64,000 nucleotides of DNA from the NCBI RefSeq assembly GCF_026571515.1, contig NW_026861463.1, positions 434,001 to 498,000 of the forward strand, in the 5' to 3' direction. The translations under genes and the position numbers were made by a program. Below the pieces are notes generated by a model. The model worked only from the letters and a program-made list of their open reading frames with translations, did no database searches and was not told where the DNA came from. This document shows positions 40,912-56,363 of this stretch, one piece after another (position 1 is the stretch's first letter; each line of letters starts with the position of its first letter). Source of the DNA: Ruditapes philippinarum (taxonomy: Eukaryota).

Positions 40912-41654
40912 TTAAAACATTTTTTAATTATTTTTAAAAAGATTAAATTCTGTCTTGGTTCATACATTGTATTACAGTCTACTATTTTTGGTTCATACGG
41001 AAACTATGTTTTGAATAGACCTACTGAAGCCATCTAAGAGATATCTGCCGTCTTGTCTAATAATAAATGAAATAAGATAAAGTTGAAATTTATCTTTTAT
41101 TTATAAATTTGTAAATTCAAAACAATATAAAAACAATTTGATCACAGATCTTAAAGAAATACACAACATATACACACAAAACAATAATGATATTTACATA
41201 TGTACAAGTCCGGACAATAATGAACTGATAAATGCGGCCATAAAACTATCCCAACTTCTCGGTCATTTCCGTAAATGTTCGGATAAGATGATTATTGGTA
41301 ACCGATGAGGTATTTCTACAAGTCTTGAAACGGTGCGTCTATTCTTCCGTGGATGTATTACTCCACTTACCGTCACTATCACACACTGGATCACACGACT
41401 GACGTCTATGTGCGATGCTTTCATCTTAGAACAGATAGAATTGCACATACCCGAGTATTTCATTCCTTATAATTATGTGAGTTATGACACAATAATGATG
41501 TCTGACATCTTCAGACTATTTCATGTCAGACGAAATTCGTTCGTCGCAATGTTTACAGGTAACATGTAAGTATCCTGTTTTAAACCCGTTTACACGAAAA
41601 CCCATGATATATAGCAGTGTTATGTATTAAAGTTTGATTTTCATTCGTTTGTTT

Positions 41655-43092
<1,438 letters not shown>

Positions 43093-43243
43093 CTTTAGCA
43101 GTTGTAATTGTTGATTGCAAAACACCGTTTAATATCTTTACTCAGCGTAGCAGTTTCTTAAGTGTTGTACTATAATACTGTATTTATTTCCTTATTCTTC
43201 AAGCTTTGTCAAAGTTATGATACTGACTTGGACTACAAAAATA

Positions 43244-43452
43244 CTTATATAGGGTATGGATTTACAACGTTTCGCTGGACACATGCAATATCTGACGCTT
43301 CAATAGTGTAGTCATTTGTTTCACGTACTAACTGCCAGCGTGGAGAAAATATCGTCATTTTTTTCGTGACAGCGCATTTTGATTGGCTGCTATATTTAAA
43401 ACCGGATTTTTGATGTGCTATATTTAGATATCTTAGTAACTATGTAAACAAA
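43244..43452 (-). promoter_or_regulatory. Proximal promoter of ARF paralog C
   Basis: TATA, two 25-bp blocks identical to the paralog B promoter, CCAAT, CTATATTTAG (MEF2-like), TGTAAACA. Confidence 0.7.
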
Positions 43453-43619
43453 GTCCGGATCAATTATTATACGCGTTGACATTATTTTGTTGATCTTTTA
43501 TTAAAAAAAAATCTTGATTTAAATTAAGCAAGCGTTCTATGCGAAGTAAATGAAAAAGTAATTTTAATTAAAAGTAACATTACAAATATAAGAATACCTG
43601 CATTAATTCGTTCTCGAAT

Positions 43620-43735
43620 TCATTCATTCTATATTGATTCATTCATTAATTCATTTCATATATTAATCTATTCATTCATTCATTCATTCATTCGCTCATT
43701 CATTCGCTCATTCATTCGATCACTCGCTCGCTCAG
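43620..43735. repeat. (TTCA)n/(CGCT)n degenerate microsatellite
   Basis: Directly visible. Confidence 0.85.
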
Positions 43736-45310
43736 CCACACCCATCCGTCCGTCTGCTCATTCTTTATCATTCTTTTATTACCTCGGTCATCCCAGACAT
43801 ACATGTATGTATATATACATGCATTACTATTTAGGCTAAAACTTTGCAAATTATACATTTGTCTCTTATAACGGTACACTAACCCGGACTACTGCTGTAT
43901 GAAGAAACATGATTGCGACCCGCAGCAGGCCTCGAACCCACGTTCGATTCCTGGACCGAGAGGCAGACAACTTACTCTGGGATTAACAACACAGCCGAGC
44001 GTGGTTGTATGCTATAAATAAAACACAATGTTAATAGAGAGGATGTATGAAGTAACAATATTTTTATTATGTTCGTTGTAAAATTGAAGTTACAAAAGAG
44101 GCACAAATCGAATCATCTCGGCCCATTCCGTCAAACTGGATAAGGACCTTGAACACAATAGAAAGAACACACAGAAACGGTATCTTGCCTTATGACAAAT
44201 GCATATAGCAATATCATATAACAAATTCAAAATATTTACTGACAAGTGTCATTTAAACAATATTGACTAATGATATGTTTAATGTAAAAATACAATTACC
44301 TAATTGAATAATACATGTCTTGCATTGCGACATCTGCTTTATGGCCGATTGATAATTGTAAGACTGCTTTCAAAAATGATTATTTTTATCTGTAGCTTTC
44401 AATTCACACGACCCAGCACAAAAGCGTGGTAACATGCATGCAGTTACGAATTTGTGCAGTTTGGCCCCTCTTTAGTCTACAAGTATCCATTGACAATTTG
44501 GCAAGGTAAACAATGTATATTCAGGTACAATGTATATTCGTTTATATAAATCAAAGCACTGAAAGTTCTGGAGACAAGCTCAATAATTCTTATAACTAAC
44601 CAAATACAGCAAAACCTGTTAACAAAGGCCATTTTTTCCTAAGGAGAGGTCGAATATGTCCTTTATAGACAAATGGTATTTATTTGGAGGTTACTTTGTT
44701 CTTTATTATCAATTAAGCGTAGTCTCAGAGTGGCCCTTTTACACATGGTGATCTTTATTTCAGCATTGATTTTTACCACAGGTTTGAATGTAGTGGATAG
44801 TACATATAGTGCATAGTTCAGTAGGGAGTGCTTCAGATTTATAATTCAGGGCCTCTGGTTTTATTCTCGGGCGAGGCGTAATTCTCAGTGACAAAAAATT
44901 TCGGACACTCAGTCTCGTGGTCATTTGGCTATGGTCGCTGGTTAAGAAAACATTTGGGATTAATAATCGGCCAGTTGCAGAGGAATTGATTATAAGGTTA
45001 TGCGGCAATATTGAAAACTGTTTCAGCAATATTTTCTCCTGGCTGGATTTAAGCATAATTAAATGATTAAAGTTTAAGTTTTATTAAGTTTTGGCATAAT
45101 GTTGTATTATACTGATATTTGTATTCTCTCATGTTTTAGTTTATATTGTTGATATATTTTTATGTGATTTCTATATTTCTACATAATTTAAAAAAAAAAA
45201 TGAAACTTGAAACCACGTGATCTTGACGGACTTTGTCTTTAAAAGTCTACGCGCACTTTATTGAACGGATTTATTTCAGGTATAAACAATGTCAGATAAT
45301 ACAATACATA

Positions 45311-45547
45311 TGAGCCGCGTCACGACAAAACCAACGTAATGGGTTTGCGACCAGCATGGATCCAGACCAGCCTGCGCATCCACGCAGTCTGATCAGGATC
45401 CATGCTGTTCGCTATCAGTTTCTCTACTTGTAATAGGGTTTGTAAGCGAACAGCATGGATCCTGATCAGACTGCGCGGATGCGCAGGCTGGTCTGGATAC
45501 ATGCTGGTCGCAAACCCATTATGTTGGTTTTGTCGTGACGCGGCTCA
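45311..45547. mobile_element. Near-perfect palindromic MITE (~100-bp arms)
   Basis: tgagccgcgtcacgacaaaaccaac...ccatgctgttcgct / agcgaacagcatgg...gttggttttgtcgtgacgcggctca. Confidence 0.9.
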
Positions 45548-45823
45548 AATGTATATACCGCATATTGCATCGGACCTTATCTGAACAGTAGCGATTTATA
45601 ACAAATGAATCATTGTTTTTTATTGCTTTTGATCAACTATTGATTATAGTGTTTGTATATTGAGATAATCTTGATCCTAAACTACCTTGACAAATATGTA
45701 GTTATGTTTTTGATACCTTTAAAACTTTAGTGCTAGCTATTCTCAGTGTTTCGATTTTAAATTTTTTGATGTTTGTTTAATGTGTAGAAATAAAATAGGA
45801 TTAAAGAAGAACAACAGACAAAG

Positions 45824-48800
45824 ATGGTAAGATTTTAATTACATGTACTTATATAGCATAACTACACGTTTACAAAAAATGGATTGTTTACAAAAAAAAC
45901 ACACAAAACAAGTGTTTCCAAGATACTGTAAGGACTCTTCCAAAAATGCCATCCGTTTGCATTGTAAGTTGTTATGGATTGGCTTATTTGGAAGTGAGTA
46001 AACAAATTTAGTTGTTGTTGGTGTTTTGTTTTTTTTTTTTTTTTTTTTTTTTTGTTGGTGTTGTTGTTGCTTTTCAGCCAAATCCTCGCAGGCTTTCTAT
46101 AAATGACCAATGAGCACCGCGAGCAAATTGTAATAAGAAAATAAAAAGCACTTTCATTTATTTATTTTTCCTGGTATAAACTGTTGCATCTTTACTGAAA
46201 AGTGCCCATGTTCAGTCTGTCTATGCTCATTCGGATTATTAAGGTGTATGCAGGGACACGGTAACAGGGAGAAATGTATACATGTATCACACACGTATAT
46301 ATATATATGACTTGTATTGTTGTTGTTGTTTTTTTGTTTGTTTGTTGTTGTTGTTGTTGTTGTTGTTGTTAGGGGGTTGGTTGGTTTTTGTTTGTATTTT
46401 TACTTTTTTTTATTTCTCATCTTTGCTCTGCCATAATTATACTAACTTCATTGCATTGCCTTTTTTAGGGTGAACAATTAACAGATGAAGAAATATTAGG
46501 TGGGCATTTTTTTCAATGATATTTTTTTTAGGTTTACAAACTTACAAACATTCAATTTAACGAAGTCTCCCGTGTTTAGTTTAAAGAATATTTCATTTAA
46601 TCAAACATGCATGTATATACACGATATAATAACAACCAAAAAAAAAGATAAACTTTTGTAGAAACTCTCTCCTTCACTGCGTTTACCATATCTAGAATAG
46701 TTTCTTCAAATTCTTTTCTATTTATATTATGATCTGTATACAGATTTTATAATTTATACGGTAATATTTTTAAATCCATTATTCGTACAGAATGCAAGCG
46801 GAGTTTCGCCATGTATGATCGTGACGGGGACGGGACGATTAGCTCGAGGGAACTTGGCGCGGTGATGCGGAGTATGGGATACCGGCCATCTGACAATGAA
46901 CTCACGGACATCTTTAACGAGTTTGATCCCGATGGTAAGCGCTTAAATTTACTAGTTAATTGTAACCCCGGACCCCACCCTCGGGAAAAGTAGCAGGGAC
47001 TTTGATGTTTGGTTATTCAAATTTTCTATAAATTTCCAGCCCTGCAGTTAGATTGTAAAAAATCTTTGCGAAATGTCGGACAGCGGTCTGGACATACCAT
47101 GCTTTTTATCGCCAATACCGAACCACGGCATATATTTTATATAATTTATACTGTCCAAACAGGGACAATATGGAAGTAAAAACCTCATTTCCAACGTTAT
47201 CCCCGTATTCCAGCGGATATTAAAGGAGGGACGAGGTCACAATTGGCTGTACACAAAATGTACTTCTTGTTTATTTGAATAACTTCACAAAAATGGTTTG
47301 ATTACGGTGGTTGTTGTTGTTGTTGTAAAATGCCGTTGAAATTGTTTGTTTGTTTTTCTTTTTTACTAGATAATTTTATTAAGGCATGCAGAAATGCAGA
47401 AACCATTCGTAATTGTTAAGAAAGTAAAGGTGGCTGGAGAAATTTTATTATTTACAGAGGTACAGTTAATTATATATGTGCCGTAGCAGGTTTTACGTAT
47501 GTCAGACAAAAATGAAATTATTGAAATAGAAAGATTATTTAACTAACAATTTACACACCTTTTTTCAGTAATTATGAAAATTTTATGACAAACTATTTCA
47601 GGTCATGGGGAATTTTCTTTTCCTGAATTCCTCTCAATAATGGCAAAGAAGTTAAAGGAATATGAAGGCGAAGAATCCTTAAGATTGGCATTCCGTGTGT
47701 TTGACAAGGACGACAACGGCATGGTATTTATTCCTAGATTTCTTTTGGAGCATCACACTAAATACCGTATTCCGGTATATACCGAACAAGGAGTTTAAAT
47801 GATAAAGTGCTAAAATCTCACCATTTCACCCACCAAAATGCACTTTTAGATCTCTAATTCATCTCTTCACACCGATTTATATACGTTAATGAATGAAAAA
47901 TGTAAAATTCGGCGAACTTTGTGACCATGATTTCTGCAAGCGTCTATAGTAGGCCTAGTGAGTTAAATTCTTTTTGACAAAAGAAAATAAAACCTATTTT
48001 TTGACAAAAGAATTACGATATTAGCTTTTCATTTAGCGAAGACAATGCAAATTTATCTTTAAGCTGTGCAAATTAATACCTTTTCTAAATGTTACTGCGT
48101 TATTTTCGCATATTAAGAAAAGTAAGCAAATGCATTTTATCATAGATATGTTAACCCATTTTATGGCCATATCCCCTAGACACCGACCTTTTTTGTATAT
48201 ACATGTGCACTTCAGTTCCCTTGGGTCATACAATTAAATTATATTCTATCTGTATATGGAATGTTATATTCGCCCTCAAAATGTTCGTAACGACAATGTG
48301 TACTTTCAATTTAGGTGACGGTGTCCGACTTCCGGTACATGATGGAGAATCTGAAAGTCAGTGTGACGGAGAAAGAGATTGAAGAAATGATAAAAGATGC
48401 AGATAAAAATCATAATGGATACATCCCTTATAATGGTAAGCATTTTTAAACATATAATCATCTTCTTTCTTGGAATGGAAACAGTCTTGAAACGGTGGAC
48501 ATAGAATCTAAATTCTTGAAATCTGTAACCATGCATGTAAAACGGCACGCAGAATAAAGACCTATTGTTTGGACATTGTCTTAGCCTGTTTAAAATCGAT
48601 TTCTGAATATTGCTACGGCTTCTTATAAACATAAAAGAGCTGCACTTTGTCAGGTCGGTTCTTTGCATGATGCAGTACGTTGAAATCTTACAACCAGTCA
48701 TGTTATTTTCAGTCATATCCTCGAATGGCATGATGGCCAATATTGTTTAAGAAATACCATGAAGCGTAATTATTTTTTTTATATTGAGATGTAAATAGAG

Positions 48801-49067
48801 GATAGAAACTAATTTTGTACCATTTTTTCCAAGGGGATTCCCAGTGCTATGTATGGCTAATTTTGGGCCGAAATGTGGTCCCATTCCAAACATTTTAAAC
48901 GTTTTCAATTATAATCATCATGACCATAGGCTGTGTACTTATTCACTTGATTAACATGATTACTTCTTAATACACTAAACGTGCATCATGGATTATTTAG
49001 TATGTTAAAGATTTCAATGTTGTTTATTTTTATTCCAGAATTTATAACATGGATCACGGGCAGGTAG
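45824..49067 (+). CDS. Divergent calmodulin-like EF-hand protein, 149 aa
   Basis: join(45824-45826,46469-46499,46791-46934,47602-47723,48315-48435,49039-49067) = 450 nt. ATG-only first exon, as in calmodulin genes. EF loops [48 protein letters not shown]. Confidence 0.9.
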
Positions 49068-49737
49068 TATAGTAATTAGAGATGAAAATGATTTCAGTTT
49101 AGACCCGTGTGCGTGCTGACGAAATACGATAAACTGCCAATGTAGAAGAAAATATCTACGCAAGACACTAGAATAAAACTATAATTTTTTTTAATAAAGT
49201 GGCATCAAAGTTTATTTTTACTTCAACAATAAACGTGTCGAGTAGGATTTCAATGAATTTTAGTGTTTTTGTAACCTTGTATACTGTTGTATACGATTTA
49301 TTCATATATACATGCATGTTTATTGCGAAATAAGTTGAATTCACTGCAAAGTTGTGCGTCAAATGACTATTGCCCATTGTTCTAGACACATTTATCTTGG
49401 AAAATTTTGTTTGTTAAATTTGCTTATGTATAAATGTTTATGTGAACTTTAAGCAAATCCAGGATCAAGAATGACGTATACTTATATATCTTACATAATA
49501 TTTTCTTGTAAATACCAACAAAAATTGTTTTAATAATAAAATGCGCCAGATAAGATTAGCAGTTCACTCATAATTTAATGTTCATAATAGTTATAAAAAT
49601 ATTAATATACGCTTATTGTTATATTTGTTTTTGTTGTTTTTTTTTCGTCTTTTTGTTCAATGACTTTGCTTGGTTTCATAAAAAAACATTATACTCAAAG
49701 TTGTAGTAAAAGTTGCATTTTTCATATTTGACTTTAA

Positions 49738-50094
49738 AGGCTCATTATGCCTCAGATATTATTGAATATTTACTTATTTAGAAAGGTCAAACATGAGTTT
49801 TATTACATATAAATAATGGTTTTAGAGCATGTGAGATGCATGTTACATGTACCTGACAAGAATAACGCAAAATGTAAAATAATGTGTAATAAAAGTGGCA
49901 AAATATAAACAAAATAGTATTTTCACTTCCATACAAATACGATGTACTAATAATTGCTAAAAAGCAACAGAAGAAAAGAAAGCCGGTCCAGATAATTAGC
50001 CAATGAGTAATTTGTTGGAAACTTAAAAAGAATACCAAAAATAAACAGATTTTGAGAAATAAAAATGGAAGCATTTCTGAGGCATGATGGGCCT
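49738..50094. mobile_element. Kolobok-like MITE
   Basis: TTAA-AGGCTCATTATGCCTCAGA ... TCTGAGGCATGATGGGCCT-T-TTAA. Confidence 0.75.
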
Positions 50095-50872
50095 TTTAAG
50101 AATAAAAAAGCATTCGTGCCCTTTGACATAATGATCAGGACCGTGTTTTGTCCAGTTAAGTGAGAGTATATTCTAATGAAATACTCGTACATGTAATTAA
50201 TTAAAAATAACCCTTGGTTTGTTCTTTGTGTTAATTGTATAATTAGTTACAATTTGATTTTTCCGGAAAAGTCCGCGTGCTCATTGTGACATGACGTGTG
50301 GCGTATAGTAAGTACAAATTACTTAAACTCCGGACAAGGTGATGCAACCCGGAGTCATTTTATTGACAAATACAACTCAAAAATGATTAGTTAGAGAATC
50401 TTATTACATCCGGGCCACTTGAACTCAAATGAAGACAACCGTGACGTCATTTCCGTTATCTTTGGTGCTCCAAACAATTAGAATGAGTTAATGTCAAACT
50501 AGCTTATCAATATGTGTACATATGTACATTTAGGTTAGTTTACATAATAATTTACAGCATAGTCTTTGATGTGATTATCCTTTTATTTACTTCAAACGGT
50601 AATATTGGTCATTATCGAAAGTGGGGTTTTCCTTAATCAATGCACAATGCTCTGAAGAAAAAACTGCATGAATATGATAGGATATGTTTCGAAGAAACAA
50701 GCTATTATTAACTCAACTAAGATTATTTGAACATATATAAAAACAAAACTTGCGGAAAGTTGCAAACACTTTAAATACACAGTCGGATATAGGAGACATA
50801 AAATATTTAAATATTTATTTTTGAAAAAAAAAAGAAATTTTGATAATGCAAGAAAAATGTTTGTTAAAGAAG

Positions 50873-52600
50873 ATGAACAACTGGTCGCTGTCAATATGGA
50901 TGCTTGTTGTGTTTTTGTTGACTGGGTGGGTTCTGAATATTGTTAGTTTTGCAGTACCTTATTGGAATAACGAGAAACCCGTGCATTGGGGATTGTGGCA
51001 AATGTGTCATGAAGCTACTGGTTGTGAAATAATCTCAAATGAAAATCTTACAGGTATTTATAACTCTTTTCGTGATTTTAAACTTTTAAGTGTACCTGAA
51101 CATTCTCCACTAGTGATGCAACATTTTCTCAGAGCTGTCTACTGGTTACTTCAGTCGGAAAACACCGGTCTATTTTTTTAAATATTAAATAACAAGCTTA
51201 TTTAAAAATAGTACACAGGATGCCTCATAGGATTATAGTAACAGACCAGTCTGCCCGACAACATTTCGGCTTCGGTCCGTTCAATGTTCGTCTTTGGTCC
51301 GTTCGTGTTCGGCTGAGGCCCGTTAATGTTTAGGGCTGACTGGGAGGTCACTTTAATGCTGTAAGGTCCGAAGTGTTGTGTGCCCATATTTGTTATACAG
51401 CACTTTTTACACGTGAATCATGTATTACCCTGTTTTAAATTATCCGTTTCGCGATATAACGTTTATTTTATTCCGCTAAATATTTTGGGTGCTGCATTAA
51501 AAAATTGTATTACATGCCTCTAAAATGCATTATTATATAATTTTTGGGTCCTGCGTTAAGATTAAGTGTCACGTGCCTCTCAAATGCACTATTATTTAAT
51601 TAACGCATAAACTATTTAGCTGAATAAAATGAACGCTATACGGTGAAACGGAGGAATTCAAGACAGAATATAAAATACGTGTGCAAAGACACATCAATAA
51701 TTTATCATATTAAAAATGATATACATATATAGCAAAAACATATCAACAATTATATTAGATATTTGAATACAATGTAGCATTTCACAACAGACAAGCTTTT
51801 CACATGAAATTTATCCTAATAGATGATAATGATCTAAAGTATATATTTATAAACATTTTTTTCCATATTTCAGGTATGATGCAAACAGGAAGAGTTTTCC
51901 TGACCATATCAGTTGTTTCCTATGTCACCCTCATAATCCTGGTTGTTCTTTATTTATTTTGGAAAAATAATCTACGACTTTTATCAGCCGCCGCTGTTAC
52001 ATCGTTTTTAACACGTAAGTCTAGTCGGAACGCCATATCCGATATCTTCTACTTTTATTGTACTTATATGCTGTCAAACCTAGCTATTTTAAAACATTTG
52101 ACATTGATTTTAACAGATAATTCCTTTGAATTTCTGTAAAAATTAAAAGATTCATACAGTTAAGTGTGGACTAATAATTAGTTTTTTGTTCACCAGATAT
52201 TCATCTGAATTGGAAAGCATTTTTCTGAAACTTAAAAAAAATTAATAAAGCATTCAACGTTAGTGAATCATTTTCTGTTTAAAATATAATTATGTAAACA
52301 ACATATATTCGAAGCTGCATTCATTGGTTGTGAGTACAAAGTTTACCTACGTCACTTTTCTTTTTGAAAATATCTCACTTCATGTTTTAATGATTGTGTT
52401 GCTTTTTCAGTTGTAGGTTTATTTCTTGGCGCAATACTTCGGATCTCGGATTCAAACAGACGCTTTTTTGGTGTTATTATCTGTGTTATGCAAGCGCTTT
52501 CCTAGCTTCCGCTTCCGGTGGCGTCATTTTGCACGTGCGTCGACAGGAAAGACTTAGACTAGCCGGAATTCAAGAGCAGCAAATTGACATTGGAATTTAA
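50873..52600 (+). CDS. Claudin/PMP22/EMP-family tetraspan membrane protein (apparent frameshift in last exon)
   Basis: Exons 50873-51053, 51874-52014, 52411-52600. TM1, then W..GLWQMC....C signature, TM2 and TM3. The TM4-like FWCYYLCYASAFLASASGGVIL lies in a different frame from the spliced frame, which stops at 52505. Confidence 0.75.
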
Positions 52601-55426
52601 ATGATTAGAAATAATTATATTGAACATACATATCATTAAATGTGTTTAAACAGAATTACGTATATTCTAATTTATTTTTAAAGCTTATATGCTAAATTGC
52701 AAACTACTTATGTTGATGTGTATATGATTTGACTTTGTAGCATTATTGTATACCATTAAGTGAACATGTTTGTTTAGTTGTTATTATTTTGTTTTTAGTA
52801 AATGCTTTGAGAAACTAACGCATTTTAAGTGTTTATTAATTTAATCCTGATTGTGCTGTCTATACAAAATATTCCCCCTCAAAGCTGATTAACGTATGAC
52901 ATACGTGTGTATATGTGTTAGACCTTTGATTCCAAATTAATACTGTAACAATCTTGACTTAAGGCCTACTAAAGTTACTTCTTGCCTGATGCGTAGCGTT
53001 AATTAGTGGTTGATTTTAATCAGATGAATACTATAAGTGTGTTATGGGGCATGCGAGATGTTGCCATTTCATTTTATTCACAACTTGGAGGTCATATAGG
53101 ATAATTAAGATAAAACATTTTTTCAGGCAAGTTTCTTGATTGGGTCTCTTCCCTTATTGAATGTTTATTTTTGATAACTCAAACAAAGTTGCATCGGGGC
53201 GTATATTGTCCCGCTTTTAGGTGCTCTTGTTTAATTTGTTTTTATTTTCTTGAAAGTACGTGCATTTTACTCTAATATGGTGAGAGCGTGATTGATTTTT
53301 ACGACATAACATAATTGATCCATTTTGGTCCACTAAGGTCAAGGACATCGATGATTATAAAGCGACCAGCATTGCCCTTTTACTTTGTATCTTACATATA
53401 AACATCTCTACTTATGTTTTTGCAAATAAGTATGAATATTTAAGAGCTCTTGTACTACAAACAATGCAAATATTGAGTTGTAAAACAGTATAAATTATAT
53501 TTTAACTACAATGTGTACAGCCATGTTAGACATGTCCTTTGACCTTGTTCACATCATATCGTATTAAATGGCGCACAATTTCTTGGTTAGTTTTAAATGT
53601 ACATCAGCGATTATATACAAGAAACAAAACGAAACATGCTATGGAAAGATGTTTAAGTCATTTTCTCAAATGTAAGTTGCATATCTATAGACATTTTAAA
53701 CTAAAATTAATAAGTAATTCGTGTATATATTTTGTTGCTTCGACTCGCTTTGGATGAGCTGCAGAAGGATATGTGTTTAGCTGAATAAAAATTATGGTGA
53801 CTTATTTGTTCTTGTTTTCGCCCGATGACCTCACGAATAGCACAAATCAGTCACCATGGGTAATACTATTACGAAAGTGTAAATAGATACGTCTAAAAAG
53901 AAAGTCCCATTGGTTTATGGTAACTTAAGTCATTGCTTAGTGCCAAGGGGAGTGATTCTCAGATAAGTCACAGTGAGTTTCGAGAAAATTGAGCGGGTTA
54001 AGGAAAACACCGTACGGGCCTCTCCTGAACTTGTTACTTGAGGCACAGCCAAATGAATTAATTATATTGTCGTAAAGAAGAGCTTTCAGTCTTTCCAATG
54101 ATTTCTTGTGCAAAAAGCGCTGAACCGAGTTCATTGCGATATGCTGCGCAAGGCACGTGTTCAGCTGGGTACGAAATTACAAACGAGTATGCATAAAAAA
54201 CTGCATTAGTTATTAAGGCTTATTGGACGGTGTTGAGAATAATTGCTGGCGGCATCCATTTTTGCGTATCATTGAAGTTAATAAATCTCATTGAAAGTCT
54301 AAATAATTAAAACCAGTTTACAAGGTGGTAATATCATTTACATTTATATTTATCATTAACACTACGAACAGTGATTCCTTTAAACTGTATAAATTAGGAA
54401 ATAGCTGATATGTTGCTATTGTTCGCAGATGCAATTCGACCAATCCGAAATTATTATTTTCCCGCCATTTGAAAAATTAAACAAATATTCCACAGCTGCA
54501 AAAAAAGACATCTCCCACGCTTCTTTTAAAGAAGCTATCTTGTCACGTGCGGATCTCTCCTGACTGTTACATGAGCCAGCCGCCTTAATGTCAATATATA
54601 TGCCGTACTTCTCTTTGCTGAAGCATGCGTAACACCTCATGACAGAAATTGCATAATGCGCAACATTCTATTGACACTATGAACGCTTTCCGTACCGTTG
54701 TATGTTAGGCGTCGCTTCGATCGAGGTCGAATGTTCGAGCCACGGAGCGTTAATTGAGTAATGTTCTCGTGGACTCATTCCGAATGGCCGCTCGTACCGC
54801 GAGTAGTTAGAATGAATGGTTACGATTTTTCGTCTGCGCCTGGCATAGTGTAGAATTGGAAGTATTTGGTATGCAGCAAAGTGTTATAGTGAATGGTGAC
54901 CTTTCAGTGGTGACTATAATACAGACTTTACCTTTAGTATTGACTATTGTTCCTGTATATGGATATACATTGTAATGTGTTTGTTTGTTTGTTTGTTTGT
55001 TTGTTTGTTACTCTCTTTTTAACCTTACTTGAAAAGTCATTTTCATTTCGTATGTTTATTTACCATGTGTATCATCGAATTCACATTTGAATATCTTTTA
55101 AAAAAAATAGAAAAGTGAAGTTAACAAACATGTCTTAAAGTTTAATTGAAAGACAAAGATTAATCGTCAAATATTCATCATTTTTTCCAGCGAGTGTTCA
55201 TGCATTAAGTGAATATATTAAACCCTTCGGTATTTCATTTTGAACGTAAGATAATAATGCTTAACGAAGCGGCAATATTTAAAGAAACGCTGTCCGATTT
55301 ATACACTATTGTTGACGTTTAAACTTGCAACACAAATACGTTCATACTATTTTGTGTACAATTTTGCACATAGAAGAAGGATTTTAACTTACTAACAATA
55401 CATTTTAAATCTGCACATTGAATGCA

Positions 55427-55617
55427 ATGAAAATGCAGTCCAGAGTAATTATAGTAATTGCTGTGGTCGCATGTGCTGTTACACTTGCATTAGGAATTAT
55501 TATTGGACACTTTGCCATCGAGAAAGCAGACGACACAGAAGGTCAAGGTGACTCGCAGAAGCTGAACGCCGGATGTGGCGCTAAATTTACTGCACCATGG
55601 AAACAATACAGGGAAAG
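55427..55617 (+). CDS. Duplicate copy of the first coding exon of the CBM9/DOMON-like gene
   Basis: Peptide identical to 56751-56941; AG|gtagga donor intact. Confidence 0.65.
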
Positions 55618-56041
55618 GTAGGAATGAAGTCCATGTGTTTTGTTGTTTTTTTGTTGTTTTTTTTTTAATTTCAAATTTATGAATAAGAATAATTAAAACG
55701 TGATGACTTAATGATAAACTGATGTATTAAAATAAAGTCTAGCACATGGTTGGAGACCTGTAGCAATCTTAAAAAAAATAAATGTGGTGCAACCGCTGTG
55801 TCTTAACTAATATTCCTTTAAGCTGTAATGAGGTAAAAGTACAAGAATTAAAAGTAAAAGTATTTCTTTACTTACAATAGTTTGAGAGAAAGGAGGGTCT
55901 GTATGGCCCTATTGAAAATTAAGTCACTATATTAGTTTGATAAAATGTAATGCAGTACAAATGACCTGTCTCGTAAAACTGTGTTAAAATACAGCAAAAT
56001 GAGCCTGTATGACATGTATTTAGGTAAATAATAGAGAAATA

Positions 56042-56363
56042 CATGTTCTTTGATATTGGTATTCGGGCCCAATTTCCGGTTTCTATTGGTAATCTATGGT
56101 TACGTGTACGAAATTTTATCATGTAACGAAGAAAAGGTTTAGGAGTTGATAAAAGGTATTTTTCGAATTTAAATTCTTTTTTGAATATTCTGTAGAATGT
56201 ACTTTTGCTGGAGTTTTGAATAACGGAATACCAATCATTTAGAAAAACATCTTTTAGTTTCTGTCTAATTGCTAATTTCAACCACTTCTCGTTTCCAAAA
56301 TTTTGTGTATCCCATATATTACATAAACCGCAATTTATAAAAATTTGTCTTAAGTTTGCAAAG
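56042..56363 (-). mobile_element. Non-LTR retrotransposon (LINE) ORF2 C-terminal fragment
   Basis: Open frame ..LKDVFLNDWYSVIQNSSKSTFYRIFKKEFKFEKYL..KFRTRNHRLPIETGNW, typical of the post-RT region of LINEs. Truncated at both ends. Confidence 0.8.

Noticed and set aside
45320-45584. Overlapping 60-aa ORFs on both strands (also 57987-58291)
   Set aside because: Products of palindromic MITE sequence
48306-48740. 144-aa minus-strand ORF
   Set aside because: Antisense to a calmodulin-like exon and intron; no motif
53930-54850. GC-richer island with two short minus ORFs, possibly a decayed transposon
   Set aside because: No convincing terminal repeats or protein motif, so it cannot be classified without a repeat-library search
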